64,000 bases of DNA from Squalus acanthias. Lineage: Eukaryota. The position numbers were made by a program, and so were the translations under genes. The DNA is taken from assembly GCA_030390025.1 (NCBI GenBank), contig CM059432.1, positions 14,138,001 to 14,202,000 of the forward strand. The letters are read 5' to 3'. This document shows positions 34,146 to 48,044 of this stretch, one piece after another. The first letter of the stretch is position 1; each line of letters begins with the position of its first letter. The notes beneath the pieces were generated by a model. That model was not told the DNA's origin, ran no database searches, and saw only the letters and a program-made list of their open reading frames with translations.

Positions 34146-35520
34146 CTACAGGGCCGCCATTAAGTGTAATGCACCAATTGAAGAATGAACTGCAATTTAC
34201 GCACAAACTGGGTTGAGCTGTCAACCTTAATAAATGCTGCTAGTTCCAATTAAGACGGTATTAGCAGGCGGGAGAGCATCTGGAACAGCTGTGCATCATT
34301 GTTGTCCTGACCTATTTTGACACAAATTCCATCATCATATTGCGGAATCTGACAAACAATCAAAATGGTAAGGCAAAGAAAAACACAGCCAGCAAGGCAT
34401 TCATTCATCCATGATACAATCTGCTCATGGAGTAGTTTACAGGGTCGTGCTTTTACATTGTCAGCTAACATCCGTTTGTTTAGCCTAAGTTTTCTGTGAG
34501 TGCTCTCCAAGGTAAGGGATATTAGCACTGGGGAATATGTTTTTTTTTTCATTTCAGGGACCCAGTGTCAGCATTAAGCACTCCTGGGTCAGGTATAGCA
34601 CCATTGGATGTAAAGTTCCCTCTACAGTGCCCCAACATCCCGTCCCAAACCTCGGAAGAACACTTCCCCGCGGAAAAACCTTTTCCATTTCACGCACCAG
34701 CCATCCTGCAGATTCTCTGAAGGAGTTTAACAATTTGGGTAGGTCTGTATGTCGTGGAATTGGGCTGAGAGAGTGCTCCAGTTCTTTTCATGAAGGATTT
34801 TGAATTAAATCCAGGTCTCAGAATTGAAAGAATTGAAAGGCCAATCCCTTTGCACCATCCATTCCCCAAGGCCAATAGGTTTTAAGAAGACAATGCCCCT
34901 TTAATGGATGATTTACCAAAACAATGTTTAAAATTTGTTTGGTAGTTAAGCATGTCAGCATAACCAATCTAATGTTTGGTTTCTAAGAGATTATTGAGTC
35001 TTATTCCTATTTTCCTTATTTTAATATTAGTTTTCTTCTTGCAGTGTGTTGGAAGAGATGTAATCATTTTAAGTTTGCCTGAGTTCAAATTTACAAAATT
35101 GAATCATGTACTCCAGGGGTTAAGTTCTTTCTTTTCAATTTTGGAAATTGGTACAAATAAAAAACCGTTCTTTTTGTTATTATTATTGTTCAAAATTAGG
35201 CAAAAGGGGCAGGGAAAGGCAAGGTGGAGTATCTACTGTGTTTTTTTGAGATGGAGGAGTATATCCACAAGCTGGCGGAGTTCAGCTGCTTCTTTTCTAT
35301 AGGTCAGCCTGTTGGCATGCCAACCACTTTACCTGTGGGCTGGTTCACACTGTGCTCAAGGGAAATGTTCGTATCACACATGAACCTGTTTATAAAGACA
35401 ATTATTAATGCCACCTTTGCATGTATATAAATTAAAATAGGGATCTTAAAATGTATCAATTTTTTTTTGAAAGAGGGAGTCCTTTTTTAAGGTGTTCCTT
35501 GCGTTTCTCTTATCTTGAGT

Positions 35521-35550
35521 CCCGCCCCCCCCCCCCCCCCCCCCCCCACC
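35521..35550. repeat. Poly-C tract
   Basis: Run of more than 20 C. Confidence 0.9.
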
Positions 35551-37420
35551 TAGCCATCGCTGGTTGAGCAACCTCTGCCCACCAATGCCACTCTGATACC
35601 AGGTACCAGGAGGTGTGCGCAGGGACATGGGTTTACTCTCCATCCAGCACCTCTGTCAGGGAGATGCCAGTCTCCAGCTGTAGTAAAGAATTGAACACGT
35701 GGAGGGTTGAGGCCATGAATCTACGTCCTGCCACTCCACAGGACAACACATTGTGGCTCCAACACGCTGCATCACCAGGGTACCATCTGTCTAAGATATT
35801 TATCTGAAACCCGAGAGAGGACCAAAAAGCTGTCCAGTCTCGGTCAGAACAAGACATCTGACCAGGGGGAGGCGGTAGTGTTACCAGTGTTGAAATACAA
35901 CAAAGGAAGTACCACATTTTCCAAAGTTTTTTTTACTAGAGATTATATTCATTTGCCACTTTCACTTAGAAAAACCTCTTATTAATTCATGTATTTACCT
36001 GAATGTTAACACTTCTGAAATAGAGTAATATATTTTGATCAATTTTGAATTTGTGCTAACTCACATTATAAACAAGCCTCCCATTGTTGGATTGTCAGAA
36101 CTGTATTAGGGACTACAATACAACCTGAATTATTCAGTATTTCAGTTGAGGAGAACAGAAGTCCATTTTCCCTCAATTAAAAACAAAACTAACAATTTTC
36201 TCACCTTGTGCTGCATTAAAGTGGCTCATTATCCCAGTAACAGGGTATGCAAACGGATTTTTTAAATTCATTCACGGATGTGGGCGTCACTGGCAAAGCC
36301 AGCATTTATTGCCCATCCCTAAATTGCCCTCGAGAAGGTGGCGGTGAGCCACCTTCTTGAACCGCTGCGGTCCGTGTAAAATGACTTGATTAGTGGATTG
36401 ATATCATTGTAACACTGATCATATCTACACTGAAAACTATTGGAAAATGTATTTTTAATAAACTCCCACAAAAATGTGTATCACAACAGTTCCTGATTGG
36501 TGTCTCTGAGATGTAAGGCTAGAAGTCAGTGGATGAACATTTAAAGCATTCAGCCAACATCGCTCCGTCTACTCTTTCAATCCAAGCGCTCGTCTGATTG
36601 TTTTAAATGAAAACTCCCCAAAAGCATAATGATGCTTCTTTAAGAGATATTCACTGTCCACCTTCCTTCTCATTTATTCTGCAATGATTCCAGATCCAAC
36701 CAATGCTGATTCTGCAGCTCACTGCTGATCGCCGGGTCGAGGAGAACCCATTCTGCTCTGCAGACAGTTTTGTGTGTATTTATTGTTTTCACTGTAAACT
36801 GGAATGAGCGTGTCTGGAATTGGAAGCGCTCCAATTTATGCTGACTCCACAGAGGGGTCACTGAGGCCCAGCCCCTCATGCAGTGCGAGCTTACTGATGT
36901 AGATTACGTTTCCTGGTTGTATCCTGAAAGACTTTGAACTGCAGGTGGACTTATAAAAAAAATGACAAGGTTGTTCTTCCTGTGAGAAGTGCTGAGTCTA
37001 AAGAAAATTCAAAAGTGTGTCCATACTAAATATGGGAAAAATGCAAAATGTTTTCTGTATTCCGATTGACTTGGGCACAGGAAATGTATACAATAAAATA
37101 CTTGGGATACACTATCCCTTTCCTAAGTACTTTCCAGCTGTTTAGAAATATATTTTTTTTCATCATTGATTGATGGAAGCAAACCCCTTATGGGATTATA
37201 AATGTTGAACCCTAACCCAGACCCCTCTTTCTCCCAGGCAAAGACCATTTAGCTCCATCTGTTTTTATTTAATAGCAGAGAACAAATTTGCACTGTGCAG
37301 GGAACAAATACTCCTCTCTTATTTGCTCCTTTAATAACTTGTACCTTCAGAAGTGACTTCACTGCAAACAGCTCTGCAGCAGAGGTCAAGCCAGCCTTTG
37401 TGGATCGAAGGATGGGGAGA

Positions 37421-37872
37421 AAGATTTACATTTCTATAGTGCCTTTCACGACCACCGGACATCTCAAAGCGCTTTACAGCCAATTCTGGAGTGTAGTCAC
37501 TGTTGTAATGTGGGAAACATGGCAGCCAATTTGCACACAGCAAGCTCCCACAAACAGCAATGTGATAACAACCAGATAATCTGTTTTTTGTTATGTTGGT
37601 TGAGGGATAAATATTGACCAGACACCAGGGATAACTCCCCTACTCTTCTTCGAAATAGTGCCATGGGATCTTCTACATCCACCTGAGAGAGCAGACGGGG
37701 CCTCGGTTTAATGTCTCATCCGAAAGACGGCACCTCCGACAGTGCAGCACTCCCTCAGCACTGCACTGGAGTGTCAGCCTAGCTTTACGTGCTCGAGTCC
37801 CTGGAGTGGGACTTGAACCCACAACCTTCTGACTCAGAGGCGAGTGTGCTACCCACTGAGCCACGGCTGACA
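37421..37872 (-). mobile_element. Full-length Deu-domain tRNA-SINE (SacSINE1-like)
   Basis: Head tgtcagccgtggctcagtgggtagc (A box) and ggttcaagtcc (B box), Deu core, L2-like tail. Confidence 0.88.
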
Positions 37873-38020
37873 CTGAGGAGGAAATGGGACAGATTTCCAG
37901 TTGTATGTTAATGCTATTATGGGTCTAAAGTCTCAGGAGAGAAAGAAATCTTTCTGTGAAAAGGAAATGTAAAGTAAAACAAGGTACAGATGCAAAAAGC
38001 AATGAAATTGGTGGACATGA

Positions 38021-38206
38021 GGCCGGGATTTGAAGCTAAGCCGTCCATTGGGAAGGGGGCGGGCTCAGGTTCGGGTCGGGTACACGTTTTACACACCGTC
38101 CGATTCCACGACTTCAATGGAGAGTAAATTTGGGCGGGTTGTAAGATGGGCGTTTGATCTGATCCCGCCCCATTCCTGCCGGGAGGGTTAGGTTCAAATC
38201 AGGGCT
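38021..38206. mobile_element. Harbinger-type MITE
   Basis: Imperfect TIRs GGCCGGGATTTGAA / TTCAAATCAGGGCT. Confidence 0.6.
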
Positions 38207-39404
38207 GGAACTGCGCAAAGTAAAGAATGAATTGTATTCCCTGGAGTGACCTTTCCATTGCTGTGCTTCATGCTGCTCCATATCAGTTGACAGGGGATCT
38301 CCATATTAATTTGATTTGCCTTCTATTATTGAGATGAAGCATTCCATCAGAATGAGGCAATTTATTTGATTATTCCTCTCTGAAGAATCCTATTATAAAT
38401 ATTAGCCTATCTTTCAGATTCTGACAAAATCGCTATTAATGTCCGGCATTTCATTTTTGCTTTTTCACATTTCTAGCATCTTTTTCTATTGATATTTTCT
38501 TGCTGCTTGCAGTGCTGATCATATTTGGAAAATACATTAAATCCGTAAAATTCTGGGCTGACTGGAATGAACTTAATGACTCCTTGCCTGCCTGCCCTGC
38601 AAGCATTAACCAGGTGGACAGTAAAAGGGAGCAATTGTCCAGTCCCATCTCTAAGAAATATCAGCTGCTGTCATTTTTCAAAATGTTTGCAATAATCAGT
38701 TGATAATGTCATGTCTTTGTTTGCTAGACGTGCTGTAGCTCTAAGTGCACCATGATTTGCACCAAACTGGTTTCTTTCAACAATTTATTAGTAAAATATC
38801 CTGGACAGCAGCCAATGGCCCATTCCCTTGGCAGTGTTAATCTAACAATGAGATGAAAAGTTGAATCAATAAGAGTGCGGGAAGAGTACCTACCGCTGCT
38901 AGCAATTCTGTTGACTCTTGAGTACATGTGATCTACTTCAGAATTACAACATGACGGTTACTGCACACTCTCGGGTCCATTGAGTTTAATGGAAGACATG
39001 TACAGGATGAATGTTTTACTCTGGCTGCGGTCATTTGTTGCCATGGAGATACAGGAAAAGCTCTGCAGTCTTTCAGCGAGTGCTTTTCAGCTGGACATGC
39101 CTCCCAAATGTCAAACGGAGATTTCATTTCAGTCAAAAATCGGATAATGTTCCTCAAATGTTGCTGCTACAGTAGTGATCTAAACATATAATGCAGCATT
39201 TACTGGGGACTCACGGCAAAGGTTACCACACCTGATTCACACACAACTGACCTTTTTCACAACTGGGGAAAAAAAATATCTTTCGATCGCTATAGATTAT
39301 TGCACAACTGAGGGCTGGGCAGGTGAGCTGCCCTTGTCTGTTTAACCAGTTACTAGATCTGTGACAGGCCCACAACGACCATTCCTCTGACATTTTTTCT
39401 CTGC

Positions 39405-39817
39405 TCTGCAATGCCTCGATTTTAAAATTCTCATCCTTGTTTTCAAATCCCGCCACGGCCTCACCCCTCCCTATCTCTGTAATCTCCTCCAGCCCCACAA
39501 CCCCCTGAGATATCTGTGCTCCTCTAATTCTGCCCTCTTGAGCATCCCTGATTATAGTCGCTCAACCATCGGTGGTCGTGCCTTCAGCTGCCGAGGCCCT
39601 AAGCTCTGGAATTCCCTGCCTAAACCTCTCTGCCTCTCTTTCCTCCTTTAAGACGCTCCTTAAAACCTACCTCTTTGACCAAGCTTTTGGTCACCTGCCC
39701 TAATATCTCCTTAAGTGGCTCGGTGTCAAAATTTGGTTTTATAACACTCCTGTGAAGTGCCTTGGGACATTTTACTACTTTAAAGATGCTATATAAATAC
39801 AAGTTGTTGTTGTTGTT
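39405..39817 (+). mobile_element. L2 LINE 3' end
   Basis: FKILILVFK..HGL.P.YL..LL; GGRAFS..PKLWNSLP; (ttg)n tail. Confidence 0.85.
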
Positions 39818-40619
39818 GCTCCTGAGGATGCATGCCCTTCTATTTATTGATATAGCCAAGATCTGGGAAGCATCATGTGGGAATTCCTGTCATGAACTCC
39901 TGAGTCCTAGTCATGACACGATGTGCTTTTATCTCAAGGTGCTGCATCAGCTTGTTATTCCTAACTTTAAACAGTGGCTAAAAAAAAATAGCGTTCAACA
40001 TTTTGGATTGCACCCTAGAGGATTCCCCATGTCTGCATGAACAGGGACTTAAAGGAGCTGAACCACACTGTTATATCTTTGGGCTTCCATCAGATCTTTC
40101 ATTCATGCTCACTACCAAAGACTACACCTGTAAGCAAGCCCGCGCTGCCTATGCACCAGAATGTAACTAAATATGCACAATATCTGGTAATGTGGCATTG
40201 CCTAGGAATCGAACACAAGCCCTGTTACTGTAATAGATTTCTCAAATGGACACAAAGTGGGGAATTTTAACCCCCAAAAATTGGTGAGTTTGGGTCGGGT
40301 GAGATGTGAAAATTTAAAAAATCTCAAAACCAACCCGCCCACTTCCAGTTTTAACGGAGGCGGGAGGGGCGCGGACAACCAACCTGCTCCCAGGAGGTGG
40401 GTTGGTCATTTAAATATAATGTGGCTGTGTGCCTCAGATTTAACCTGTCTTCTAGGTTTCTCCCTGGCCAGCCGGGTTTCCCAGGCCTTGGGAAACCCGG
40501 CAGCTAAAGGGAGGTGAGGACTGCTTTGTGGAAGAGGTAAGTATTGTTTACAATCTTCAGAGCAGCAATATTAAAGCTTAGCTTATGATCATTTTAACCA
40601 CATATCATCTAAGTATCTT

Positions 40620-42903
40620 TTTTTTTTAACTTGCGTGAATTTTTTTATTTATTCGTTACGGGATGTGGGCGTCGCTGGCAAGGTCAGCATTTATTGTCGA
40701 TCCCTGATTGCCCTTGAGAAGGTGGTGGTGGGCAGTCCGTGCGGTGAAGGTACTCCCACAGTGCTGTTAGGGAGGAAGTTCCAGGATTTTGACCCAGCGA
40801 CGATGAAGGATCGGCGATATACTTCCAAGTCAGGATGGTGTGTGATTTGGAGAGGAACTTGGAGGTGGTGGTGTTCCCATGCGTCTGCTGCCCTTGTCCT
40901 TCTAGGTGGTAGAGGTCACGGGTTTGGGAGGTGCTGCCGAAGAAGCCTTGGCGAGTTGCTGCAGTGCATGTTGTAGATGGTACACACTGCAGCCATGGTA
41001 TGCCGATGGTGGAGGGAGTGAATGTTTAAGGTGGTGGATGGGTTGCCAATCAAGCGGGCTGCTTTGTCCTGGATGCTGTCGAGCCTCTTGAGTGTTGTTG
41101 GAGCTGCACTCATCCAGGCAAGTGGAGAGTATTACATCACACTCCTGACTTGTGGGATAGTGGATGCATTGTTTGTCATCTTCCAAAATTCTATAGATTC
41201 TGGAACGGTTCCTGCAGATTGGAGGATAGCAAATGTAACCCCGCTATTTAAGAAAGGAGGGAGAGAGAAAATGGGGAACTACAGACCTGTTAGCCTCACA
41301 TCAATAGTTGGAAAAATGCTGGAATCCATTATAAAGGATGCAATAACTGGGCACTTCGAAACTAATAGTAAGATTGGGCAGAGTCAACATGGATTTATGA
41401 AAGGGAAGTCCTATTTGACAAACCTATTGGAGTTCTTTGAGGATGTAACTAGTAGAGTAGACAAAGGGGAACCGGTAGATGTGGTGTATTTGGATTTTCA
41501 GAAGGCCTTCGATAAGGTCCCACACAAGAGGTTGGTGAACAAAATTAGGGCACATGGAATTGGGGGTAATATACTAGCATGGATTGAGAATTGGTTAACA
41601 GACAGAAAACAAAGAGTAGGGATAAACGGGTCTTTTTCAGGATGGCAGGCTGTGACTAGTGGGGTACCGCAAGGATCGGTGCTTGGGCCCCAGCTATTCA
41701 AAATCTATATCAATGATTTGGATGAGGGGACTAAATGTAACATTTCCAAATTTGCTGATGACACAAAGCTAGGTGGCAGTGTCAGTTGCGAAGAGGATGT
41801 GAAGAGGCTTCAAGGGGATCTTGACAGGCTCAGTGAGTGGGCGAGAACAAGGCAGATGGATTATAATGTGGATAAATGTGAAGTTATCCACTTTGGTAGA
41901 AAAAACAGAAAGGCAGAGTATTTCCTAAATGGTTAAAGATTGGGGAATGCAGATGCTCAAAGGGACCTGGGTGTCCTTGTACATGAGTCACTGAAAGTGA
42001 ATGTGCAGGTGCAGCAAGCCATTAGGAAGGCAAATGGTATGCTGGCCTTCATTACAAGAGGATTTGAGTACAGGAGTAAAGAAGTCTTACTCCAATTATA
42101 TAGGGCCTCGGTGAGACCACACCTGGAGTACTGTGTACAATTTTGATCTCCTTACCTAAGGAAGGATAGACTTGCCATAGAGGGAGTGCAATGAAGGTTC
42201 ACGAGATTGATTCCTGGGATGGCGGGACTGTCGTATGGGAAGAGATTGAGTAAACTAGGCCTGTATTCTCTTGAATTCAGAAGAATGAGAGTGGATCTCA
42301 TTGAAGCATACAAAATTATTACAGGGCTTGATAGGGTGGATGCTGGGAGAATGTTTCCCTTGGCTGGGGAGTCTAGAACCAGGGGCCACAGCTTCAGGAT
42401 AAAGGGTAGGCCATTCAGGACTGAGATGAGAAGAAATTTCTTCACACAGAGGGTGGTGAATCTTTGGAATTCTCTACCCCAGAGGGCTGTGGAGGCTCAG
42501 TCATTGGGTATATTCAAAACAGAAGTCGATAGATTTCTGACTTGTAAGGGCATCAAGGGATATGACGATAAGGCTGGTGAATGGAATTGAGGCAGAAGAT
42601 CAGCCATGATCTCATTGAATGGCGGAGCAGGCTCGAAGGGCTGAATGGCCGACTCCTGCTCCTATTTCTTATGTTCTTATGTGCCTTGTAGATGGTGGAA
42701 AGACTTTGGGGAGTCAGGAGGTGAGACACTCACCGCAGAATACCCAGCCTCTGACCTGCTCTTGTTGTCACAGTATTCATGTGGCTGGTCCAGTTAAGTT
42801 TCTGGTCAATGGTGACCCCCAGGATGTCGATGGTGGGGGATTCGGCGATGGTAGTGCCATTGAATGTCATGGGGCGGTGGTTAGACTCTCGCTTGTTGGA
42901 GAT
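40620..42903 (-). mobile_element. 'YKAQVR' LINE 3' region split by a CR1 insertion
   Basis: 40620-41154 and 42680-42903 are contiguous in the copy at 57450-58068; tgtg is duplicated at the junctions. Confidence 0.8.
41155..42679 (+). mobile_element. CR1 LINE, 5'-truncated (RT to 3' end)
   Basis: NYRPVSLTS, YLDFQKAFDKV, GVPQGSVLGP, FADDTK; (ttcttatg) tail. Confidence 0.92.
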
Positions 42904-43004
42904 ATACTTTGCTTTAAAAATCCAATATTTAAAATCTTTATTTCCAGATGCTTTCTGTGGAAAAATTATGAAAAAATTGTGAAATGTGGCAGTAAGTTTT
43001 TTTC

Positions 43005-43240
43005 TAACCGTGGCTGCAGTGTGTACCTTCTACAAGATGCATTGCAGCAACTCACCAAGGCTTCTTCGGCAGCACCTCCCAAACCTGCGACCTCTTCCAC
43101 CTAGAAGGACAAGGGCAGCAGCTGCATGGGAACACCACCATCTCCAAGTTCCCCTCCAAGTCACACACCATCGTGACTGTGAAATATATTGCCGATCCTT
43201 CATCGTCGCTGGGTCAAAATCCTGGAACTCCCTCCCTAAT
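43005..43240 (+). mobile_element. 'YKAQVR' LINE fragment
   Basis: TVAAVCTFYKMHCSNSPRLLRQHLP. Confidence 0.78.
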
Positions 43241-44097
43241 CAAAACTAATGGCTTTGCAATTAACATTGTTAACATATCAAAGCCAACACATGAAAGAGC
43301 GCCACAGTTTTGAGAAAGCATGATTTAGAATAGGAGACGCTGCATCGAGTCTTGTTTTCAATACAATGAGGAAAGAAAATGTTTTATCAGGAATTTTTGT
43401 TGCAAAATTTTGTTCTGAAAAATAGTTCGTCCTGAAAGCATTACCAAATTCTCAGTTTGAGTCATGGTTTTGGGGTGATTGTGAGAAAAATACGATCGAA
43501 TGCCAATCGCAGTTACTTTTAGTTTCTTACTCTTACATGATGCTCAGCGAGTCTTCACTGCTGTCTGACAGGTTACCAATTCACTTTGAGAACATGGTCA
43601 AACTGCGCAGTGGATATACTTTCCCAGGTCACATTACAACATTGTCTGTTTCATAATGCACTTCTAGACGATCACAATAGTTATGCTTTGTAAAAATGGC
43701 ACCAGTTCTTAAAGCTTTACAAATTCAAATGTGATCTTTTGTCAGTATATTGAAGGATCCTTAACCCTTTGAGCACTGTATTAGTAATTTCACATTATAA
43801 ACGACAATGCTCGTTTTCATTGCTCACTTGCACAAGATACCTGGCCAATGTAGATTAAGAAAGAGTGAGTGGTGTGCGCATTTTATTGATTCTGCTTCAT
43901 AATATTCAGCATTAGAACATAAAGCCACAAGGACAACAATTTTGAAACAGGATAAGGCTATTATGTTGAATGAGTCTGTCTATTATCGACGTGTCAGCCT
44001 CACATACTTTTATATCCTTCCATCTTTTCTCTCTCCAAAAACATATCTAACTGCCTCTCATTTATTCTGTCCATTTCATTTCTGTCCATCTGGCATG

Positions 44098-44228
44098 AAG
44101 TTCTAACGAAAGGTCATCGACCTGAAACGTTGACTCTGTTTCTCTCTCCATGGATGACCTGCTGAGTGTTTCCAGCATTTTCTGTTTATATTTCAGATTT
44201 CCAGCATCTGTAGTAATTTGCCATTTTT
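44098..44228 (+). mobile_element. Penelope-like pLTR with mutated hammerhead core
   Basis: agtt-CTAACGA-aaggtcatcgacct-GAAAcgtt followed by the pLTR body; lies inside an old minus-strand CR1 remnant. Confidence 0.75.
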
Positions 44229-44361
44229 CCTCCTTAATTTTTAATTTGAGCATCCTTGTATTTGAGCCCTTACCCATTGTTGACAACTTGCCTGGGTCAA
44301 CTTTGCCGATTCCATTCATAACCGTGAAGACTTCAATTAGGTCACCTTGCAATTTATAGAA

Positions 44362-45057
44362 AAAAAGAAAGACTTGCATTTATATAGCGCCTTTCACGAC
44401 CACCAGACATCTCAAAGTGCTTTACAGCCAATGAAGTACTTTTGGAATGTGGTCACTGTTGTAATGTGGGAAACGCGGCAGCCAATTTTCACACAGCAAG
44501 CTCCCACAAACAGCAACGTGATAATGACCAGATCATCTGTTTTTAGTGATGTTGATTGAGGGATAAATACTGGCTAGGACAATGGGGATAACTCCCCTGC
44601 TCTTCATAGAATCATAGAAAGTTACAGCACGGAAGGAGGCCATTTCAGCCCATCGTGTCCGCGCCGGCCAACAAAGAGCTATCCAGCCTAATCCCACTTC
44701 CCAGCTCTTGGTCCGTAGCCCTGCAGGTTACAGCATCCCAAGTGCACATCCAAGTACTTTTTAAATGTGGTTAGGGTTTCTGCCTCTATCACCCTTTCAG
44801 GCAGTGAGTTCCAGACCCCCACAACCCTCTGGGTGAAGACATTTCCCCTCAAATCCTCTCTAAACCTTCCCCCAATTACTTTAAATCTGTGCCCCCTGGT
44901 TTTTGACCCCTCTGCTATTTCTTCAAAATAGTGCCATGGGATCTTTTACGCCCACCTGAGAGGGCAGACGGGGCCTCGGTTTAACGTCTCACCCGAAAGA
45001 CGGCACCTCAGACAGCGCGGCACTCCCTCAGCACTGCACTGGAGGGTCAGCCTAGAC
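44362..45057 (-). mobile_element. Deu-SINE interrupted by a CR1 3' fragment (44606-44918)
   Basis: SINE sequence breaks at cctgctcttc and resumes at ttcttcaaaatagtgcc. Confidence 0.82.
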
Positions 45058-45599
45058 ATTGGAGAATCACTCTTGTAGTTGTCATTATGGAAACACGTGA
45101 AGTTTTTTTTCCAAAAATGAAGATTACAGAAAATGTCTGGCATTCAGTAAATTCAATGTAAAAATACACATAAAATTAAATGAAGAGTAAAATGGAGATC
45201 TTATTATGTATTGAAATATTTTTTTTAATGAATTCCTGGAATGTGTGCATCACTGGCATGGTCGGCATTTATTGCCCATCTCTAGTTTGATATACCTGAG
45301 TAGTATGTTGGGCAGTTCAGAGAAAATCACATTGGTGCGGGACTAGATTGGGGCTTGAACCCACAACCTTCTGGCTCAGAGGTGAGAGCGCCATCAGGGA
45401 GCCAAGGCTGATAGCTGGATTCTTAGAATATAGCAGGGAAGATATTTTCCTGTGAAAAATAGCCCCTGAACTATAGGAAAACAAGAGGAGTTAGCTGTAG
45501 TTCATAGAGGTAGCTATTATAGAACCAAAAGAATAAAAAAATCTCTGAGCTTAAGCTTTTGCTGCTTAAACTCAGCTACACACTGAAGGATACAATGAA

Positions 45600-46010
45600 A
45601 GAAAAAAAGGCGTTCATTTATATAGCGTCTTTCACGACCTCAAGACGTCCCAAAGCGCTTTGCAGTCAATGAAACACTTTTGAAGTGCAGTCACTGTTGC
45701 AAATTTATGAAACGCGGCACCAACCTGCGCACAGCAAGCTCCCACAAGCAGCAATGAGATAATGACCAGATAATCTGATTTTAGCGATGTAGGTTGAGGA
45801 CTAAATATTGGTCAGGACACCAGGGGGAGCTCCCCTGTTCTTCTTCAAATAGTGCCGTGGAATCTTTTACGTCCACCTGAGACAGGGCCTCAGTTTAACA
45901 TCTCATCTGAAAGATGGCACCTCTGACAGTCCAGCACTCCCTCTGTCCTGCACTGAAGTGTCAACCTGGATTTTGTGCTCAAGTCTCTGGAGTAGGACTT
46001 CAGAACCCAC

Positions 46011-46041
<31 letters not shown>

Positions 46042-46060
46042 AACTGAACCACAGCTGACA
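45600..46060 (-). mobile_element. Full-length Deu-SINE
   Basis: Colinear with 37421-37872. Confidence 0.85.
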
Positions 46061-46199
46061 GAAGGGTTACTGTGGTACCAGAATGATGGGATGTCATAAA
46101 AAATCTGGAATCCAGAGCAGGTTGAGCGTGTCCAATGAGCTCCATTTCAAGTTGAGACATGAATTCTTTGGATGACTTGCTGATAGGTACTTCTTCCAG

Positions 46200-46828
46200 C
46201 ACTAAGACCGCCCATTTCCCCCTTTGTAATATCGCTTGTCTCAGCCCTTACCTCAACTTATCTGCTGCCGAAATCCTCATCCATGCCTTTATCACCTCTA
46301 GACTTGACTATTCCAACTCACACCGGGCCAGCCTCCCTAGTTCTACCCTCCATAAACTTGAGGTCATCCAAAATTCTGCCACCCGTGTGCTAACTCGCAC
46401 CAAGTCCCGCTCACCCATCACCCCTGTGCTTGTTGACCTACATTGGCTCCCAGTTAAGCAACGCCTCTCCCCTCCTTATCTCTGTCATCTCCTCCAGCCC
46501 TATAATCCCCCTAGACCTCTGCGCTCTGCCTATTCTGGCCTTTTGAACATCCCCAATTTTAAATGCTCCACCACTGGCGGTCGTGCCTTCTGCTGCCTAC
46601 GTCCTAAGCTCTGGAATTCTCTCCCTAAATCTCTCCGCCTCTCCACATCTCTTTCCTCCTTTAAGACGCTCCTTAAAACCTACCTCTTCGACCAAGCTTT
46701 TGGTCACCTGCCCTAACATCTCAGGTGCCTCGGTGTCAATTAAATTTTTTTTGAAAGCACTCCTGTGAAGTGCCTTGGGATGTTTTATTACGTTAAAGGC
46801 GCTATATAAATACAAGCTGTTGTTGTTA
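46200..46828 (+). mobile_element. L2 LINE 3' portion
   Basis: AAEILIHAFITSRLDYSNS...LEVIQNSATRVLT...ITPVLVDLHWLPV...FKTLLKTYLF. Confidence 0.9.
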
Positions 46829-47724
46829 GGTGTTCAAACTGAAAATTGGTTCATAATTCTGAATGTATTTGGCTGTTATCAAGCCCATTGCCAAACCAAA
46901 CAAGCTAAATCTTGCACCATGTAGAACTAGCAAGAAGTGACAAGAGAAATCTATACAAGTGCATATGTCCCGTTGAAAAAAAAACTGTAAGAAATGGTGG
47001 ATTTTCTTTTTTAAACTTCACATGGTTCCCTCTTCTGATTGGTAAGTGAAGATCACTAGACGTGATGCACAAACATCTCATGCATTCACAGTATCCAGTT
47101 TTAAAATCAATATTTATATGCTGGCTATGTGAAAATTCATTGTAAGAGAAATCAATCTGGCCACTTTGGTCTGGCCTTATAGCTTGTAACATGCTTAACT
47201 CTCAGACTTCCGTTGGCATTTAGCATCATGTAAAATGTCCTCCAATAGCTTGAACTCATTCTACTGTAATTGAGGAACTAGAAGTACACTTGACGAGAAA
47301 TCACATTAATGCTATAGGATCAGTTTCCAGGAAGTCCTCTTGGCCTATTCAATTGCATTCCCATTAATATTTTAGCAGCATGTCTCCTCAGCAATTCGAA
47401 AATGTAACAGGAATGAACGTACAGACCGAGCTAAAAAAAAAGTCATAACCAATGCTTCAAACACAGAGCGGGTTGCAGTTCATCTGTTATTGAACAGAAA
47501 GATGCTGCTAAAAGCTATCATTTCCTTTGACAAATAATGGCCCCATGGATTGAAGCCATTAACTAATTTCTTCCTCACCGCACTGTAGCAGAATGGAATC
47601 CAATGTTAGGAGCACATTTTCCTAGTGAAATTAAATGAAGGTCACTTTAAATAACAGACGACCACATTGAAACAGTTCGAAAATCATTCGGCATTGCTTC
47701 AACATTTTAAGGCGCTTTTTTTTT

Positions 47725-48044
47725 AAAGAAAGAAAGACTTGCATTTATATAGCGCCTTTCACGACCACCGGACGTCCCAAAGCGCTTTACAGCCAATGAA
47801 GTACTTTTTGAAGTGTAGTCACTGATGTAATGTGGGAACCGCGGCAGTGCACAGCAAGCTCCCACAAACAGCCACGTGATAATGACCAGATAATCTGTTT
47901 TTTGTGATGTTGGTTGAGGGATAAATATTGCCCAGGACACCGGGGATAACTCCCCTACTCTTCTTCGAAATAGTGCCATGGGATCTTTTACGCCCACCTG
48001 AGAGAGAGCAGACGGGGCCTCGGTTTAACGTCTCATCCGAAAAG
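47725..48044 (-). mobile_element. Deu-SINE, 5'-truncated
   Basis: Tail and Deu region homologous to the other copies. Confidence 0.82.

Noticed and set aside
35555..35920. Coding-like composition, possibly an ancient non-LTR remnant
   Set aside because: No motif strong enough to name, and the frames are short or interrupted.
37795..37872. tRNA gene
   Set aside because: The A/B boxes belong to a SINE head that continues into the Deu domain; the same applies at ~45985-46060 and 45350-45412.
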